IMG/VR virus record: IMGVR_UViG_3300037722_001730
Coordinates: 1-47,280 of that record
Source: a virus
Taxonomy: Duplodnaviria > Caudoviricetes
DNA: 47,280 nucleotides
Strand: one strand, 5' to 3'
The translations under genes were made by a program, and so were the position numbers. This document shows, piece after piece, positions 27,096 through 34,680 of the stretch (position 1 is the stretch's first letter; the number at the start of each line of letters is the position of its first letter). The notes under the pieces are model-generated. The model was given only the letters and a program-made list of their open reading frames with translations, had not been told where the DNA came from and made no database searches.

Positions 27096-27124
27096 AAATG
27101 AAAACGGCCGCGCTGTGCGGCCGT
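27096..27124 (-). terminator. Intrinsic terminator (tR'-like)
   Basis: ACGGCCGC-ACAGC-GCGGCCGT hairpin followed by TTTCATTT on the minus strand. Confidence 0.7.
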
Positions 27125-27200
27125 GAGTGGGGGCGTTTGCGTTTCTTCAGAGCGCACCTTTCTCGTGGTGAGCTCTCCAACCGCTCGGCTGGGCACGCGG

Positions 27201-27230
27201 ACTATACAGCCGCACATTTGCGCTCCGCAA
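27201..27230 (-). promoter_or_regulatory. Late promoter (pR'-like)
   Basis: TTGCGG-N18-TATAGT at the 3' end of the Q-like gene, upstream of the terminator. Confidence 0.55.
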
Positions 27231-27810
27231 GTTTCTCCATCACGTGCTCGACCGACGCCTCGCGCTGCCGCGTGTATTCCTCGCGCGTCATGCGCAGCTC
27301 GCGGGCCGCGATCCGGTCAGGTTGGTGATAGGCGTACGTTCGGAAAATGCAGGATTTCATCCATCCCGCGAGGCCGACGACGATCTGTTCGACGCTGACC
27401 GCGTTGCTCGATAGCACGAGCTCGTCCGGCGCGATCACGACCATGCTTTGCTTGCCGTTGGCGGTCAGCGTGGGATCAGCATTCCCGAGCTCGAGCGCCA
27501 CGACCTTCGGATCGCGCGGACACCTCGGGCAGATCAGCCGCGCATGGATGTGGCCGCAGACGTCGCACGGTCGCGGCTTGCGGCGAAGGCTCACGAGTTT
27601 TTTCTTGCGCGCCTGCTTGAGCTTTTTATCGAGCTTCGCTTGCCGGCGGCGCTGAATCTCTTGCGCGCGCAGGATCTCGATGACGGTCGCAATCGTGCTG
27701 CTCGACGCGATGCCGAGCAGGGTTGCCGCTCGCCCGCGCTCGGATCCCCACTCGTATAGGCGCTGCTCCGTGTGCTTGAACGCGTCGGAGTCGGCAACAG
27801 TGCTGCGCAT
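27202..27810 (-). CDS. Q-like late antiterminator with zinc-finger insert
   Basis: RLYEWG N-terminus, C-terminal HTH (DRIAARELRMTREEY), CDVC..CPRC; last gene of the pR operon. Confidence 0.7.
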   Translation of the reverse strand: MRSTVADSDAFKHTEQRLYEWGSERGRAATLLGIASSSTIATVIEILRAQEIQRRRQAKLDKKLKQARKKKLVSLRRKPRPCDVCGHIHARLICPRCPRDPKVVALELGNADPTLTANGKQSMVVIAPDELVLSSNAVSVEQIVVGLAGWMKSCIFRTYAYHQPDRIAARELRMTREEYTRQREASVEHVMEKLAERKCAAV

Positions 27811-27818
27811 GACGGCGG

Positions 27819-28055
27819 TCAAAGTTCGTCCTCGATTTCCTGTTCCGCCAAATCGGCTGTGATCGCTGTCGGCTTCAACCACTGCTTGAGCAAAGCGACG
27901 CACAGGTGACATAGGTCGCCTACTTGATCGCTGGTCCCTTCGATTTCCCATTCGTCCGTCATGTGGTCGAGTGATACCTGACGAGCCAATTCATCCTCGG
28001 TTTCAATAGCGAGGCCGCAGTGATCGCAGGCGACGTTGACGCGTCTCATCGTCAA
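27819..28055 (-). CDS. Small zinc-binding protein
   Basis: CDHCG...DLCHLC. Confidence 0.7.
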   Translation of the reverse strand: MTMRRVNVACDHCGLAIETEDELARQVSLDHMTDEWEIEGTSDQVGDLCHLCVALLKQWLKPTAITADLAEQEIEDEL

Positions 28056-28618
28056 ACGAGCCGCAACACTTCTGGCGCTGGGTCACGGTCCTGCTGCGAC
28101 TTCAGGTCGAACGGGTCGACCGTCGCTGCAACCGACTCCGACACGAGCCCATAACGCGCAATCAGCAGTGCCTCGGCACGTCCCGAATACTTCTTGAGCC
28201 CCAACGGCGCAGCCGGCCAAAGGTTGATCGCTCGAGCGCGGCTGGCTTCCTTGTCCGAGCCAACGAGCCCGGCGCGTTTTTTCCATGCTTGGGGTACGAC
28301 GAAATGGCGCTCAATGCCGAGCGCACCGACGACGCCGCGCACGCAACCCGCTGAATCGCCGAAGTTGAACGCGCTCGCAGCGCCCATGCCGCTAGCGGAG
28401 CCCACACGCGGCATCGCCTGCACCTGCTCGATGATCGCGATGTCGGGCGCGTACTCGCGGATGATCCGCGCGAGCTCGACGTCGTTGACCATCTGCTTTT
28501 TCGACGTCCGGCCGCGCTGCATGGTCGGCATGTCGGTGACCGCGACCAACTTGAACGCATCATCGAGCACGCCGATCGCGCCTGAAATTCCTGGATCGAT
28601 GCCGAGGATACGGGCCAT
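28052..28618 (-). CDS. ruvC: RuvC-like Holliday junction resolvase
   Basis: ILGIDPG, IIEQV, SAFNFG, PQAWKK and RAEALLIA motifs; start reassigned. Confidence 0.88.
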   Translation of the reverse strand: MARILGIDPGISGAIGVLDDAFKLVAVTDMPTMQRGRTSKKQMVNDVELARIIREYAPDIAIIEQVQAMPRVGSASGMGAASAFNFGDSAGCVRGVVGALGIERHFVVPQAWKKRAGLVGSDKEASRARAINLWPAAPLGLKKYSGRAEALLIARYGLVSESVAATVDPFDLKSQQDRDPAPEVLRLV

Positions 28619-28623
28619 TGGAT

Positions 28624-29307
28624 TTAGTGCGCCGCCGGCTTGTCGCTTGCCGTCGTCGTCATGCCCTCGCCAGTCAACTTGCGGATCGGCGGCACGCCCT
28701 CGGGCAGGTTTTCGTGCGGCTGCAGTGCGCGTTCGTCGGCACCGTTCTGCGCATCCGGATCGGGGTGCTCGTGACCGTCCGGGTCGCCGTTGCCGATCGT
28801 CATCGGCAGTTCGCGCTGTTTCGTCGACTTCTCGGTTTTCTTGCCGAACGTGATCTCCGCTTCGATCTCGGCGTTCAAGAACGCAATTGCTTGCGCCATG
28901 CTCTCGACCGGACAGGTCGTTTGCACCTGCAACGATAGCGCCGTCTGCCCGCCGGTCAGCGGTTCGAGCTTGATGTTCGCAAGCTTCACGCCGGTGAGCT
29001 CCAATTCCATTTCCGAGATGCCGAGCAGCAACGTCACGGAGCACTCTTCGAATTTGTCCTTCAACGCAAACGGCTTGAACGCCTTGAACGAGGGTTCGTC
29101 GGGCGCGTTCTTGGTGTACTGGAACAGCGATTTGTGCGCGGCTTTGTCGCCGAGCAGCGCGTTCAACTCTTCGCGCTCGAGCAGGATGCCGTCGAGCGGA
29201 ATGTCGCAGGCGGGCACGTCTTCGTCGCCGTGCTTTTCAGCGCGAGTGTTGATGCTGTTGCCGATCTTGCAATGGCGATTCGTCAGCGTCAGGTAGTGCT
29301 TGCTCAT
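28624..29307 (-). CDS. Conserved phage hypothetical protein
   Basis: INTRAEKHGDEDVPACDI...EPLTGG; GGAG SD before MSKHY. Confidence 0.75.
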   Translation of the reverse strand: MSKHYLTLTNRHCKIGNSINTRAEKHGDEDVPACDIPLDGILLEREELNALLGDKAAHKSLFQYTKNAPDEPSFKAFKPFALKDKFEECSVTLLLGISEMELELTGVKLANIKLEPLTGGQTALSLQVQTTCPVESMAQAIAFLNAEIEAEITFGKKTEKSTKQRELPMTIGNGDPDGHEHPDPDAQNGADERALQPHENLPEGVPPIRKLTGEGMTTTASDKPAAH

Positions 29308-29451
29308 CGTCGTGGTTCTCCGTGGGCAATTGTGGGTCGGTCGATAGCGTGATTTGCTCAACGAGCAATCCGGCTGCATTCGTCTGCTGCTGCGAGTGCA
29401 CGCGGCAGCCTTCGTGCGTCGTGAAGTCGTCGGGCAGGTGGAGCTCGTAGG

Positions 29452-29721
29452 TCATGGCGCGTCTCCGAGCGGCTCTCTGTACGCGCGGCAAAATAGTTCT
29501 GCCCACGTTTCCTCGCGGCCGTCGCGCATTCCGGCACGCGCGTCGCCAAGCCCGTGGGCAATCAGGTGCGCACGCAAGCGGCTGCGGCGATCGGCGAGCG
29601 TCGTTGTGCCGGCAAAAAGGGCTGGCACGGACAGGCGGCGCAGTATCCAAATTTCCTCGCTGACCGTCGGGCCGGTGGTGAGGTCCTCGCGGGCGCGTAC
29701 GTGTGCGGAGGGGGTGGTCAT
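29452..29721 (-). CDS. Hypothetical protein
   Basis: ATGA overlap with the upstream gene. Confidence 0.55.
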   Translation of the reverse strand: MTTPSAHVRAREDLTTGPTVSEEIWILRRLSVPALFAGTTTLADRRSRLRAHLIAHGLGDARAGMRDGREETWAELFCRAYREPLGDAP

Positions 29722-30263
29722 GCCGCTGCCCTCGTCGAAAGGATTTGCTCCAGCCCGTCGAACGCGAGTTCCGCGAACTCTTCGTCAGTCCATCGATCGC
29801 CGAGAATTTCCGCCTCCTCAGCCATGCGCACGTAGTCGGCTTTCGCTGCGAGTGCGCGCTGCAAAACGGTGTCGTCAACTGGGCGCGGTAGCATCAGCGG
29901 CAAGCCGTACCCGCCCTTTGGCATCGGCGGATATTCGGCCATCGGCTTGAATCCGCGACGTATGTCCTGGTACGCAACCGCGAGCAGGATCTTGTTCGCG
30001 ATCTTCGCCCACCAAGTCATTTGCGGTTCCGGTTCGCGTGGCATCGGCGCTCGAGCGCGGCGCTCTGGCATCAAGTCCTTCGGGGCCGGGAAGCGCTTGC
30101 CGTTTTTGCGGTAGCTCTCGGATGCGTGCTTCACGTCGGCAATGTGCAGCGCCTTGAGTGACTCCGCGAACACGCGCACCAAGGCGTCGGTACACGGTCG
30201 GTTGAACGCGGTGCACAGGTCCTCCATCACGCCGCGGAACGCTTCGCTGTCTTCGCTACGCAT
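29718..30263 (-). CDS. Putative helicase loader/inhibitor-like protein
   Basis: Follows the initiator; helical N-domain ending RFPAPKDL. Confidence 0.55.
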   Translation of the reverse strand: MRSEDSEAFRGVMEDLCTAFNRPCTDALVRVFAESLKALHIADVKHASESYRKNGKRFPAPKDLMPERRARAPMPREPEPQMTWWAKIANKILLAVAYQDIRRGFKPMAEYPPMPKGGYGLPLMLPRPVDDTVLQRALAAKADYVRMAEEAEILGDRWTDEEFAELAFDGLEQILSTRAAA

Positions 30264-31056
30264 GCGCGAGCTCGTCATCGTCCGGGATCACGTAGGTCGT
30301 CTTGGGTTCACGCCTGGGCGTTTGCACGGGCAGCGACCATTGCTGCAACCACGGCTCATCCGGAGCGCTGAAGAACTTCGCTGGCGTGAGCACGTACTGC
30401 GTGCTGCTCACTCCGCCGGCCGCAACGTAGGCCGCGTACCGCTCGACCGCTTGCAGCAAGTCCTCCCAGCCGAGCCCGTCGGTCTCGATGCGCAGGGTGC
30501 AGTGGTGCTGCGCCATGATCCAATCCTGGCGACCGCTGAACTCGGGGTAGGCGGCTTTGATCTGCTCGAAGGGCGAATCGTTTTTCGATGTCGACCCGCG
30601 CGCGCGTTGTGTGTGTATATCTTTATCAGGAGACGGAGACGGAGACGGAGGGTAGACTTTTGCTACAGCAGAAGTCGTACCATCTGCTAGAGGTTTGCCA
30701 GCGCCTTGCTTGGAACGTGCTAGGGCCTTTGCTCTACCACCTTTTGACCCGGCATCTCGCTTTACCTGCCTGATTTGTAGAGCTTTGTTCCTGTGCTCTT
30801 CGAGCCTCTTGTTGACCAATCCTCCCCTGACCTTGTGGAATTTATCGGCGATTGCCGGCCAGACTTCGTTGAATTCTGCTAGCGAAACTCCGAGCAAACG
30901 CGAAAGTTGGCCGGGGGTATTTGGAAGCTTTTCCATCTCCCACTGATAGTCGAGCAAATCACGATATGCGCCGCGTTCTGCAAGTCGCAAATGGCGGGTC
31001 GCCGCGATGAAATCCTTCGGGAACCACGGCATCATCGCGAGGCTGTTTTCAGCCAT
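30256..31056 (-). CDS. Replication initiator, YdaU/DUF1376 family
   Basis: PWFPKDFIAATRHL..AERGAY..LL, NKRLEE, AGSKGG and PSPSPSP linker. Confidence 0.88.
   Translation of the reverse strand: MAENSLAMMPWFPKDFIAATRHLRLAERGAYRDLLDYQWEMEKLPNTPGQLSRLLGVSLAEFNEVWPAIADKFHKVRGGLVNKRLEEHRNKALQIRQVKRDAGSKGGRAKALARSKQGAGKPLADGTTSAVAKVYPPSPSPSPDKDIHTQRARGSTSKNDSPFEQIKAAYPEFSGRQDWIMAQHHCTLRIETDGLGWEDLLQAVERYAAYVAAGGVSSTQYVLTPAKFFSAPDEPWLQQWSLPVQTPRREPKTTYVIPDDDELAHA
30600..30740. other. Putative replication origin (iterons) inside the initiator gene
   Basis: TGC(T/C) motifs at 30685, 30696, 30707, 30718 and 30730 (~11-bp period); adjacent AT-richer patch at 30610-30628. Confidence 0.5.
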
Positions 31057-31409
31057 CAGAGCGCGCCCGTCTTCACCACCCCAAACACCCGCACCGCGAC
31101 AGCCAGTGACACATGACACCGCCGTTTAATCGCCGCGATCCGCTCGATATCAGCCTGCCAGAACAGCAGTCCGCAGCCGCGAGCCGAGGTCACGGCGTTG
31201 GTGGAGTTGTATTGCCACGTCACGTGCTCTTTGAGTGCTGCGGCCGTGGTGTGAATCGTGTGCTGGTGCGAGCGCAGAATCGCCGCGGCCTGTTTCGTGT
31301 TGACCCAGCCCGGACCGGGTGCGGCGCGTGGTCTGCGGCCTTGGCCGATGGGTAACTCGCCGCGCAGTTCGCGTTGGATTCGGTCGGTTTTGCGAACAGA
31401 TACGCTCAT
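31056..31409 (-). CDS. HTH DNA-binding protein (Xis/MerR-like)
   Basis: WVNTKQAAAIL...LLFWQADIE; start reassigned to MSVSVRK. Confidence 0.6.
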   Translation of the reverse strand: MSVSVRKTDRIQRELRGELPIGQGRRPRAAPGPGWVNTKQAAAILRSHQHTIHTTAAALKEHVTWQYNSTNAVTSARGCGLLFWQADIERIAAIKRRCHVSLAVAVRVFGVVKTGAL

Positions 31410-31825
31410 GATTCTCCGCACCCCCGACCGGTCTCGCCGACGTTGTCCGGGTTGACGAATTGCCGCCACGGTACCCAGCCTTTCGGGCAATGAAATCCCC
31501 ACGAGCGAATCACCGGCCCCGTAATGAACAGCGTCCACACCGGTGCCTCGATGACCTCGAGCCGGTGAGAGGAAACGGCGCGGCGAAACACCACATCCCA
31601 CGGCATGCGAATGAACGCGCCTTTCGGCGTAATCTCGCGCAGCACGCCCTTGAGCACGATCGAGCAGTTGATCCACGGATGGTCGTGCAATGCACGGTCG
31701 TCGTCGTCGCGGATGATGTTGTGCAGGTAGATGTTGAAGAAGCGGTTGCGCGGGATCAGCCACCATCGCCGGATGTATGGATCGCTCGCCGGCCCGATGA
31801 CGAAATCAGGTGGGCGCGCCCTCAT
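31406..31825 (-). CDS. Cupin-fold protein (HDHPW family)
   Basis: IYLH...D.DRALHDHPW...HRLE...WTLFITG...WGF. Confidence 0.8.
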   Translation of the reverse strand: MRARPPDFVIGPASDPYIRRWWLIPRNRFFNIYLHNIIRDDDDRALHDHPWINCSIVLKGVLREITPKGAFIRMPWDVVFRRAVSSHRLEVIEAPVWTLFITGPVIRSWGFHCPKGWVPWRQFVNPDNVGETGRGCGES

Positions 31826-31992
31826 CGCGTCGCCACCCACGCCAGCACGACGGCGAGTGCTGCGCCGACCGGGAAACAGCACGCGTCGACGACCTTGGGA
31901 TGGTCAGCGAGCCACGCGAAAAACACCGCCGCACCCGATAGGTTTGCACGATGGGGTTGGGACTCGGGCGCGGCGGCGCGGTAAGGGGTCAT
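31822..31992 (-). CDS. Small membrane protein
   Basis: ATGA overlaps on both sides; hydrophobic C-terminus. Confidence 0.55.
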   Translation of the reverse strand: MTPYRAAAPESQPHRANLSGAAVFFAWLADHPKVVDACCFPVGAALAVVLAWVATR

Positions 31993-32186
31993 CGGCTGAT
32001 GCGCTCTTGCGGGATGCCAGCGCGTAGCCTGCGGTTCGTGATGATGATCGCGAGCGCGTCGCTGTCGAGGATGCTGGCGTGCCGCTTGCGCGAGCATTGC
32101 GACGGAATCCGGCGAGTAGCGCCGTTATCGTCTAATCCGTTGGCTGCAAAGAAATTATCCAGCCAAAGCCGCTCGTTCTTGGTCAC
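31989..32186 (-). CDS. Hypothetical protein at the cII position
   Basis: First ORF after the cro terminator; no recognisable motif. Confidence 0.5.
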   Translation of the reverse strand: MTKNERLWLDNFFAANGLDDNGATRRIPSQCSRKRHASILDSDALAIIITNRRLRAGIPQERISR

Positions 32187-32203
32187 TTATGTCGTACCCC
32201 ACC

Positions 32204-32231
32204 AAACAAAAAACCAGCCGATATAGGCTGG
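32204..32231 (-). terminator. Intrinsic terminator after cro (tR1-like)
   Basis: CCAGCC-TATATC-GGCTGG followed by TTTTTTGTTT on the minus strand. Confidence 0.75.
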
Positions 32232-32249
32232 CTGGATAACAACTCAGAA

Positions 32250-32498
32250 CTAGGACGTGCCCGTGCGTACTTCGTCTTCCGGATACAAATCCGGGCGCAG
32301 TTCTCCGCGTGAAACACCAGAGACGCGCTCTACGGTCAGCACGCGCTCGGCTGGAACGCGCCGGGTGCGCTGCCACTTCTGCACCGCCTGGTAGGTAACC
32401 CCGCATGCCTTTGCGAGCTTTGGTAGTCCACCCAATGCTTCGATTGCCCGGTCGACTGCCGTTCGGCGCTTTCGGCTCACGACTTGCTGAATTGTCAT
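32250..32498 (-). CDS. cro: Cro-like repressor (YdaS family)
   Basis: AIEALGG..KLAKACGVTYQAVQKW...VPAERV...LRPDLY. Confidence 0.92.
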   Translation of the reverse strand: MTIQQVVSRKRRTAVDRAIEALGGLPKLAKACGVTYQAVQKWQRTRRVPAERVLTVERVSGVSRGELRPDLYPEDEVRTGTS

Positions 32499-32505
32499 GA
32501 GCGCG

Positions 32506-32581
32506 ACTCTACAACCGATAGTTGCGCTTCGTCAACAACTGATACTTGCGCGGCGCGCGGGTAGCGTGCAACTCATGGTTG
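32506..32581. promoter_or_regulatory. OR region: pR plus three operators
   Basis: pR (minus) TTGACG-N18-TAGAGT; operators CAACCGATAGTTG 32512-32524, CAACTGATACTTG 32536-32548, CAACTCATGGTTG 32569-32581. Confidence 0.8.
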
Positions 32582-33009
32582 TAAAGACGCGCGAACAGAC
32601 GAAGTTAGATTTCGCGCATCGCCTCAACGAAGCTCTCGACGACGTAACCGAGTGCCCAAGGTCTGATGTGGATGGTGGCCGCGGTCGTGCCGCGTGGGTC
32701 GGCCGGCACTTCAAAGTCTCGGGCGAGGCAGCGCGCAAATGGTTAGCTGGCGAAACTATTCCTGATCAAACGAATATGGCGCGCCTCGCGGCGGCCCTCA
32801 ACGTCACGCCGTTCTGGCTTCATGCCGGGCAACTGCCCAAGAGCCCGCCACCGTTCGACCAAACGCTAACCGATATACAGGGCGTCATCGCGCATCTGAA
32901 CGACGTGGATAGGATCGATGTGCTGGAATTTGCGCGGGACCGCAGGGACCGGCGCCAGTCTCCACCCCTTCCCGTCGGCAACGGAGGCCAGCCACCGCAG
33001 AAAGTGTGA
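32575..33009 (+). CDS. cI: CI-like XRE repressor lacking an S24 peptidase domain
   Basis: FAHRLNEALD...GRGR...VSGEAARKWLAGETIP...LNVTPFWL; divergent from cro. Confidence 0.88.
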   Translation: MVVKTREQTKLDFAHRLNEALDDVTECPRSDVDGGRGRAAWVGRHFKVSGEAARKWLAGETIPDQTNMARLAAALNVTPFWLHAGQLPKSPPPFDQTLTDIQGVIAHLNDVDRIDVLEFARDRRDRRQSPPLPVGNGGQPPQKV

Positions 33010-33015
33010 ACTACG

Positions 33016-33057
33016 CAACTATCGGTTGTTGACATGCACAACCGGTAGTTGTAATGT
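33016..33057 (+). promoter_or_regulatory. OL region: pL plus two operators
   Basis: TTGACA(33029)-N17-TAATGT(33052); operators CAACTATCGGTTG 33016-33028 and CAACCGGTAGTTG 33039-33051. Confidence 0.85.
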
Positions 33058-33065
33058 CCGCTCCC

Positions 33066-33755
33066 ATGGACTCCATGGGCACACTCGAAATCTCAGTACG
33101 GCAAATCGCGACGCCTGTCATCGGGCGGAACGTTCAGCTCTCCGGCGCTCAGCGCCTCACCGCAATAGCGGCACTTCACCGCCTCTGCTTTAACCAGTTC
33201 CGCGCAGGCCGGGCATTTCTTCATGGCGCCGCTCTCGACGGCCTTCGCTTCCGTGGCTTCGACGTTCGGGCTACGAACCAGTTCGATCAGGAACCCGATC
33301 AGCGGACTCAGCAGCAGGGATACCAAGAACATGCCGAAGCCGCTGTGTCCACGGCCGCCGGCCCACGCCGCGACGAGCACGGCAAGCACTATCCAAATCA
33401 GCAAGATTTCCACGGTCTTTCTCCTTCTTCGTTCTTATCGACCACGGGCAGACGAAGTGTAGCAGCGCTAGCGATTGCGCTCCTATTTTGCGCCCCAGCG
33501 CTCGCCGCCGAGATCGAGCCCCTAATCATCATCACGCACACATCCGATCCGACCGCGAGCCGCCGCAGCGAGACCACGACCGACTTCATCGGCATCGGCG
33601 CCACGATCCGCTTCGGCCGTTTCAACACCGTCGAGGCTGATCTTGCGGTCGGCCGTCAAGCGATCAACTGCAACGCGCGCGGCAAGTGCGGCAGTTCACC
33701 GGGTGGGTTCGTGACGCTGAAGATTCATCCGTTTCGCAAATGGAGCAGCCGATGA
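33066..33755 (+). CDS. First pL ORF; C-terminal part resembles an exported beta-rich protein
   Basis: ATG 8 nt after the pL -10 box; signal-like VAALAIALLFCAPALA; stop overlaps the next ATG; true start uncertain. Confidence 0.45.
   Translation: MDSMGTLEISVRQIATPVIGRNVQLSGAQRLTAIAALHRLCFNQFRAGRAFLHGAALDGLRFRGFDVRATNQFDQEPDQRTQQQGYQEHAEAAVSTAAGPRRDEHGKHYPNQQDFHGLSPSSFLSTTGRRSVAALAIALLFCAPALAAEIEPLIIITHTSDPTASRRSETTTDFIGIGATIRFGRFNTVEADLAVGRQAINCNARGKCGSSPGGFVTLKIHPFRKWSSR
33093..33413 (-). CDS. Membrane protein with C-terminal double zinc ribbon (moron)
   Basis: Two TMs, KKCPACAELVKAEAVKCRYCG; AAGGAG SD; extended -10 TGcTACACT at ~33456-33464. Confidence 0.85.
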   Translation of the reverse strand: MEILLIWIVLAVLVAAWAGGRGHSGFGMFLVSLLLSPLIGFLIELVRSPNVEATEAKAVESGAMKKCPACAELVKAEAVKCRYCGEALSAGELNVPPDDRRRDLPY

Positions 33756-33955
33756 GCCCGCGCATCCGCAAAATCCTGTCCTTCCTTCTCGCCCTGGCGA
33801 TGGCCGTAGTTTGGGTCTGGGCCACGATGTGGTGCGACGAGGAGTGCCGGAATTCTCGCGGAGCAGGAGGAGGTTCTGTGAACGAGTCCTACGTGGGGTA
33901 CGGAGCGACGATTGATGAGGCGATGGCGGATTTGAGGGAGAAGGAGGCGCGATGA
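33752..33955 (+). CDS. Small membrane protein
   Basis: ATGA overlap; GGAG SD; N-terminal TM. Confidence 0.6.
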   Translation: MSPRIRKILSFLLALAMAVVWVWATMWCDEECRNSRGAGGGSVNESYVGYGATIDEAMADLREKEAR

Positions 33956-34173
33956 GTACGCCCTTCCTCGTCCAAGTCGACGAAAACGTATCCACGGTGA
34001 CCGTCGCCAAACGCCTCGCGCGCGCCGGCCTCACGCTGAAGTGCCGCCCGGGCGCCGAACCGCTCCTGACGCTGACTCCGGAAGCCGCTGAGCAGGAACG
34101 CGTGTATGCGCAACTTCGCGCCGAGGTCGCCGCAGAGATCGATTCGCTGGTGCCGTGCGGGGTGCGGTCGTGA
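33952..34173 (+). CDS. Hypothetical protein
   Basis: AAGGAGG SD; ATGA overlap. Confidence 0.65.
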   Translation: MSTPFLVQVDENVSTVTVAKRLARAGLTLKCRPGAEPLLTLTPEAAEQERVYAQLRAEVAAEIDSLVPCGVRS

Positions 34174-34195
34174 GTCGCAAAGCAGGGAGGGACAA

Positions 34196-34678
34196 ATGGG
34201 AAGCGTAGTACCTATCGCGCGATCGCAAGCCACTGACCCGGGCTATCTCCAACAGATCGGCGCTCGCATCAATAAGGCCGTCAAGCACTACGACGACCAG
34301 CGCCTACAGATCGCTGCCGATCTCGCAGAAGCCAAGTCCGTCTGCAAGAAGGCCGGCATCAAGTTTAAGTCATGGGTAATGCGAGACGTCAGGCTTTCGT
34401 ATACCGAGGCGTCTCGGCTCGCAAAGATCGGCGCGTCCGATGACCCGGCGAAGGCGCTCGCAGAGTTGCGCGAGAAACAAAATAAACGCAAGCGGGAGCA
34501 CGACGCAAAGAAGAAAGTTGCGTTACGTAACGCAACTTTCGATACCTCCCGCCAAAACTACATCGCCGCCCTGCAATCCAAAACCAAGCGCCAGCGAATG
34601 GACGCGATATACAAGCTACTCGACGACATCGATCTGTCGATCATGGACTTCGTGAAGGTTCTCAAACTACGGAAATAA
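34196..34678 (+). CDS. DUF3102-like basic DNA-binding protein
   Basis: IAADLAEAK...FKSWV...LSYTEASRLAKIG pattern; GGGAGG SD. Confidence 0.65.
   Translation: MGSVVPIARSQATDPGYLQQIGARINKAVKHYDDQRLQIAADLAEAKSVCKKAGIKFKSWVMRDVRLSYTEASRLAKIGASDDPAKALAELREKQNKRKREHDAKKKVALRNATFDTSRQNYIAALQSKTKRQRMDAIYKLLDDIDLSIMDFVKVLKLRK
34513..34540. repeat. Perfect 28-bp palindrome GAAAGTTGCGTTACGTAACGCAACTTTC
   Basis: The two 14-bp arms are exact reverse complements with no spacer. Confidence 0.97.
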
Positions 34679-34680
34679 CA

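Noticed and set aside
26990-27200. tRNA gene after the late promoter
   Set aside because: Hairpins are present but there is no cloverleaf, T-loop GTTCRA or CCA end
8853-29044. Long 5' extensions in the ORF track (8853-9746, 12926-13801, 26063-27217, 28052-29044) and many Arg-rich + strand ORFs
   Set aside because: They overlap well-supported genes and have the composition of GC-rich shadow frames
30629-30651. (GGAGAC)n as a phase-variable repeat
   Set aside because: In-frame hexamer encoding the PSPSPS linker usual in these initiators
32300-32317. parS-like sequence (TGTTTCACGCGGAGAA, minus strand) in cro
   Set aside because: Only one good half-site; explained by the conserved VSR..LRPD protein motif; no parAB present
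34513-34540. Protelomerase target (telRL) for a linear plasmid prophage
   Set aside because: No protelomerase or partition genes; an integrase is present; the site is intragenic
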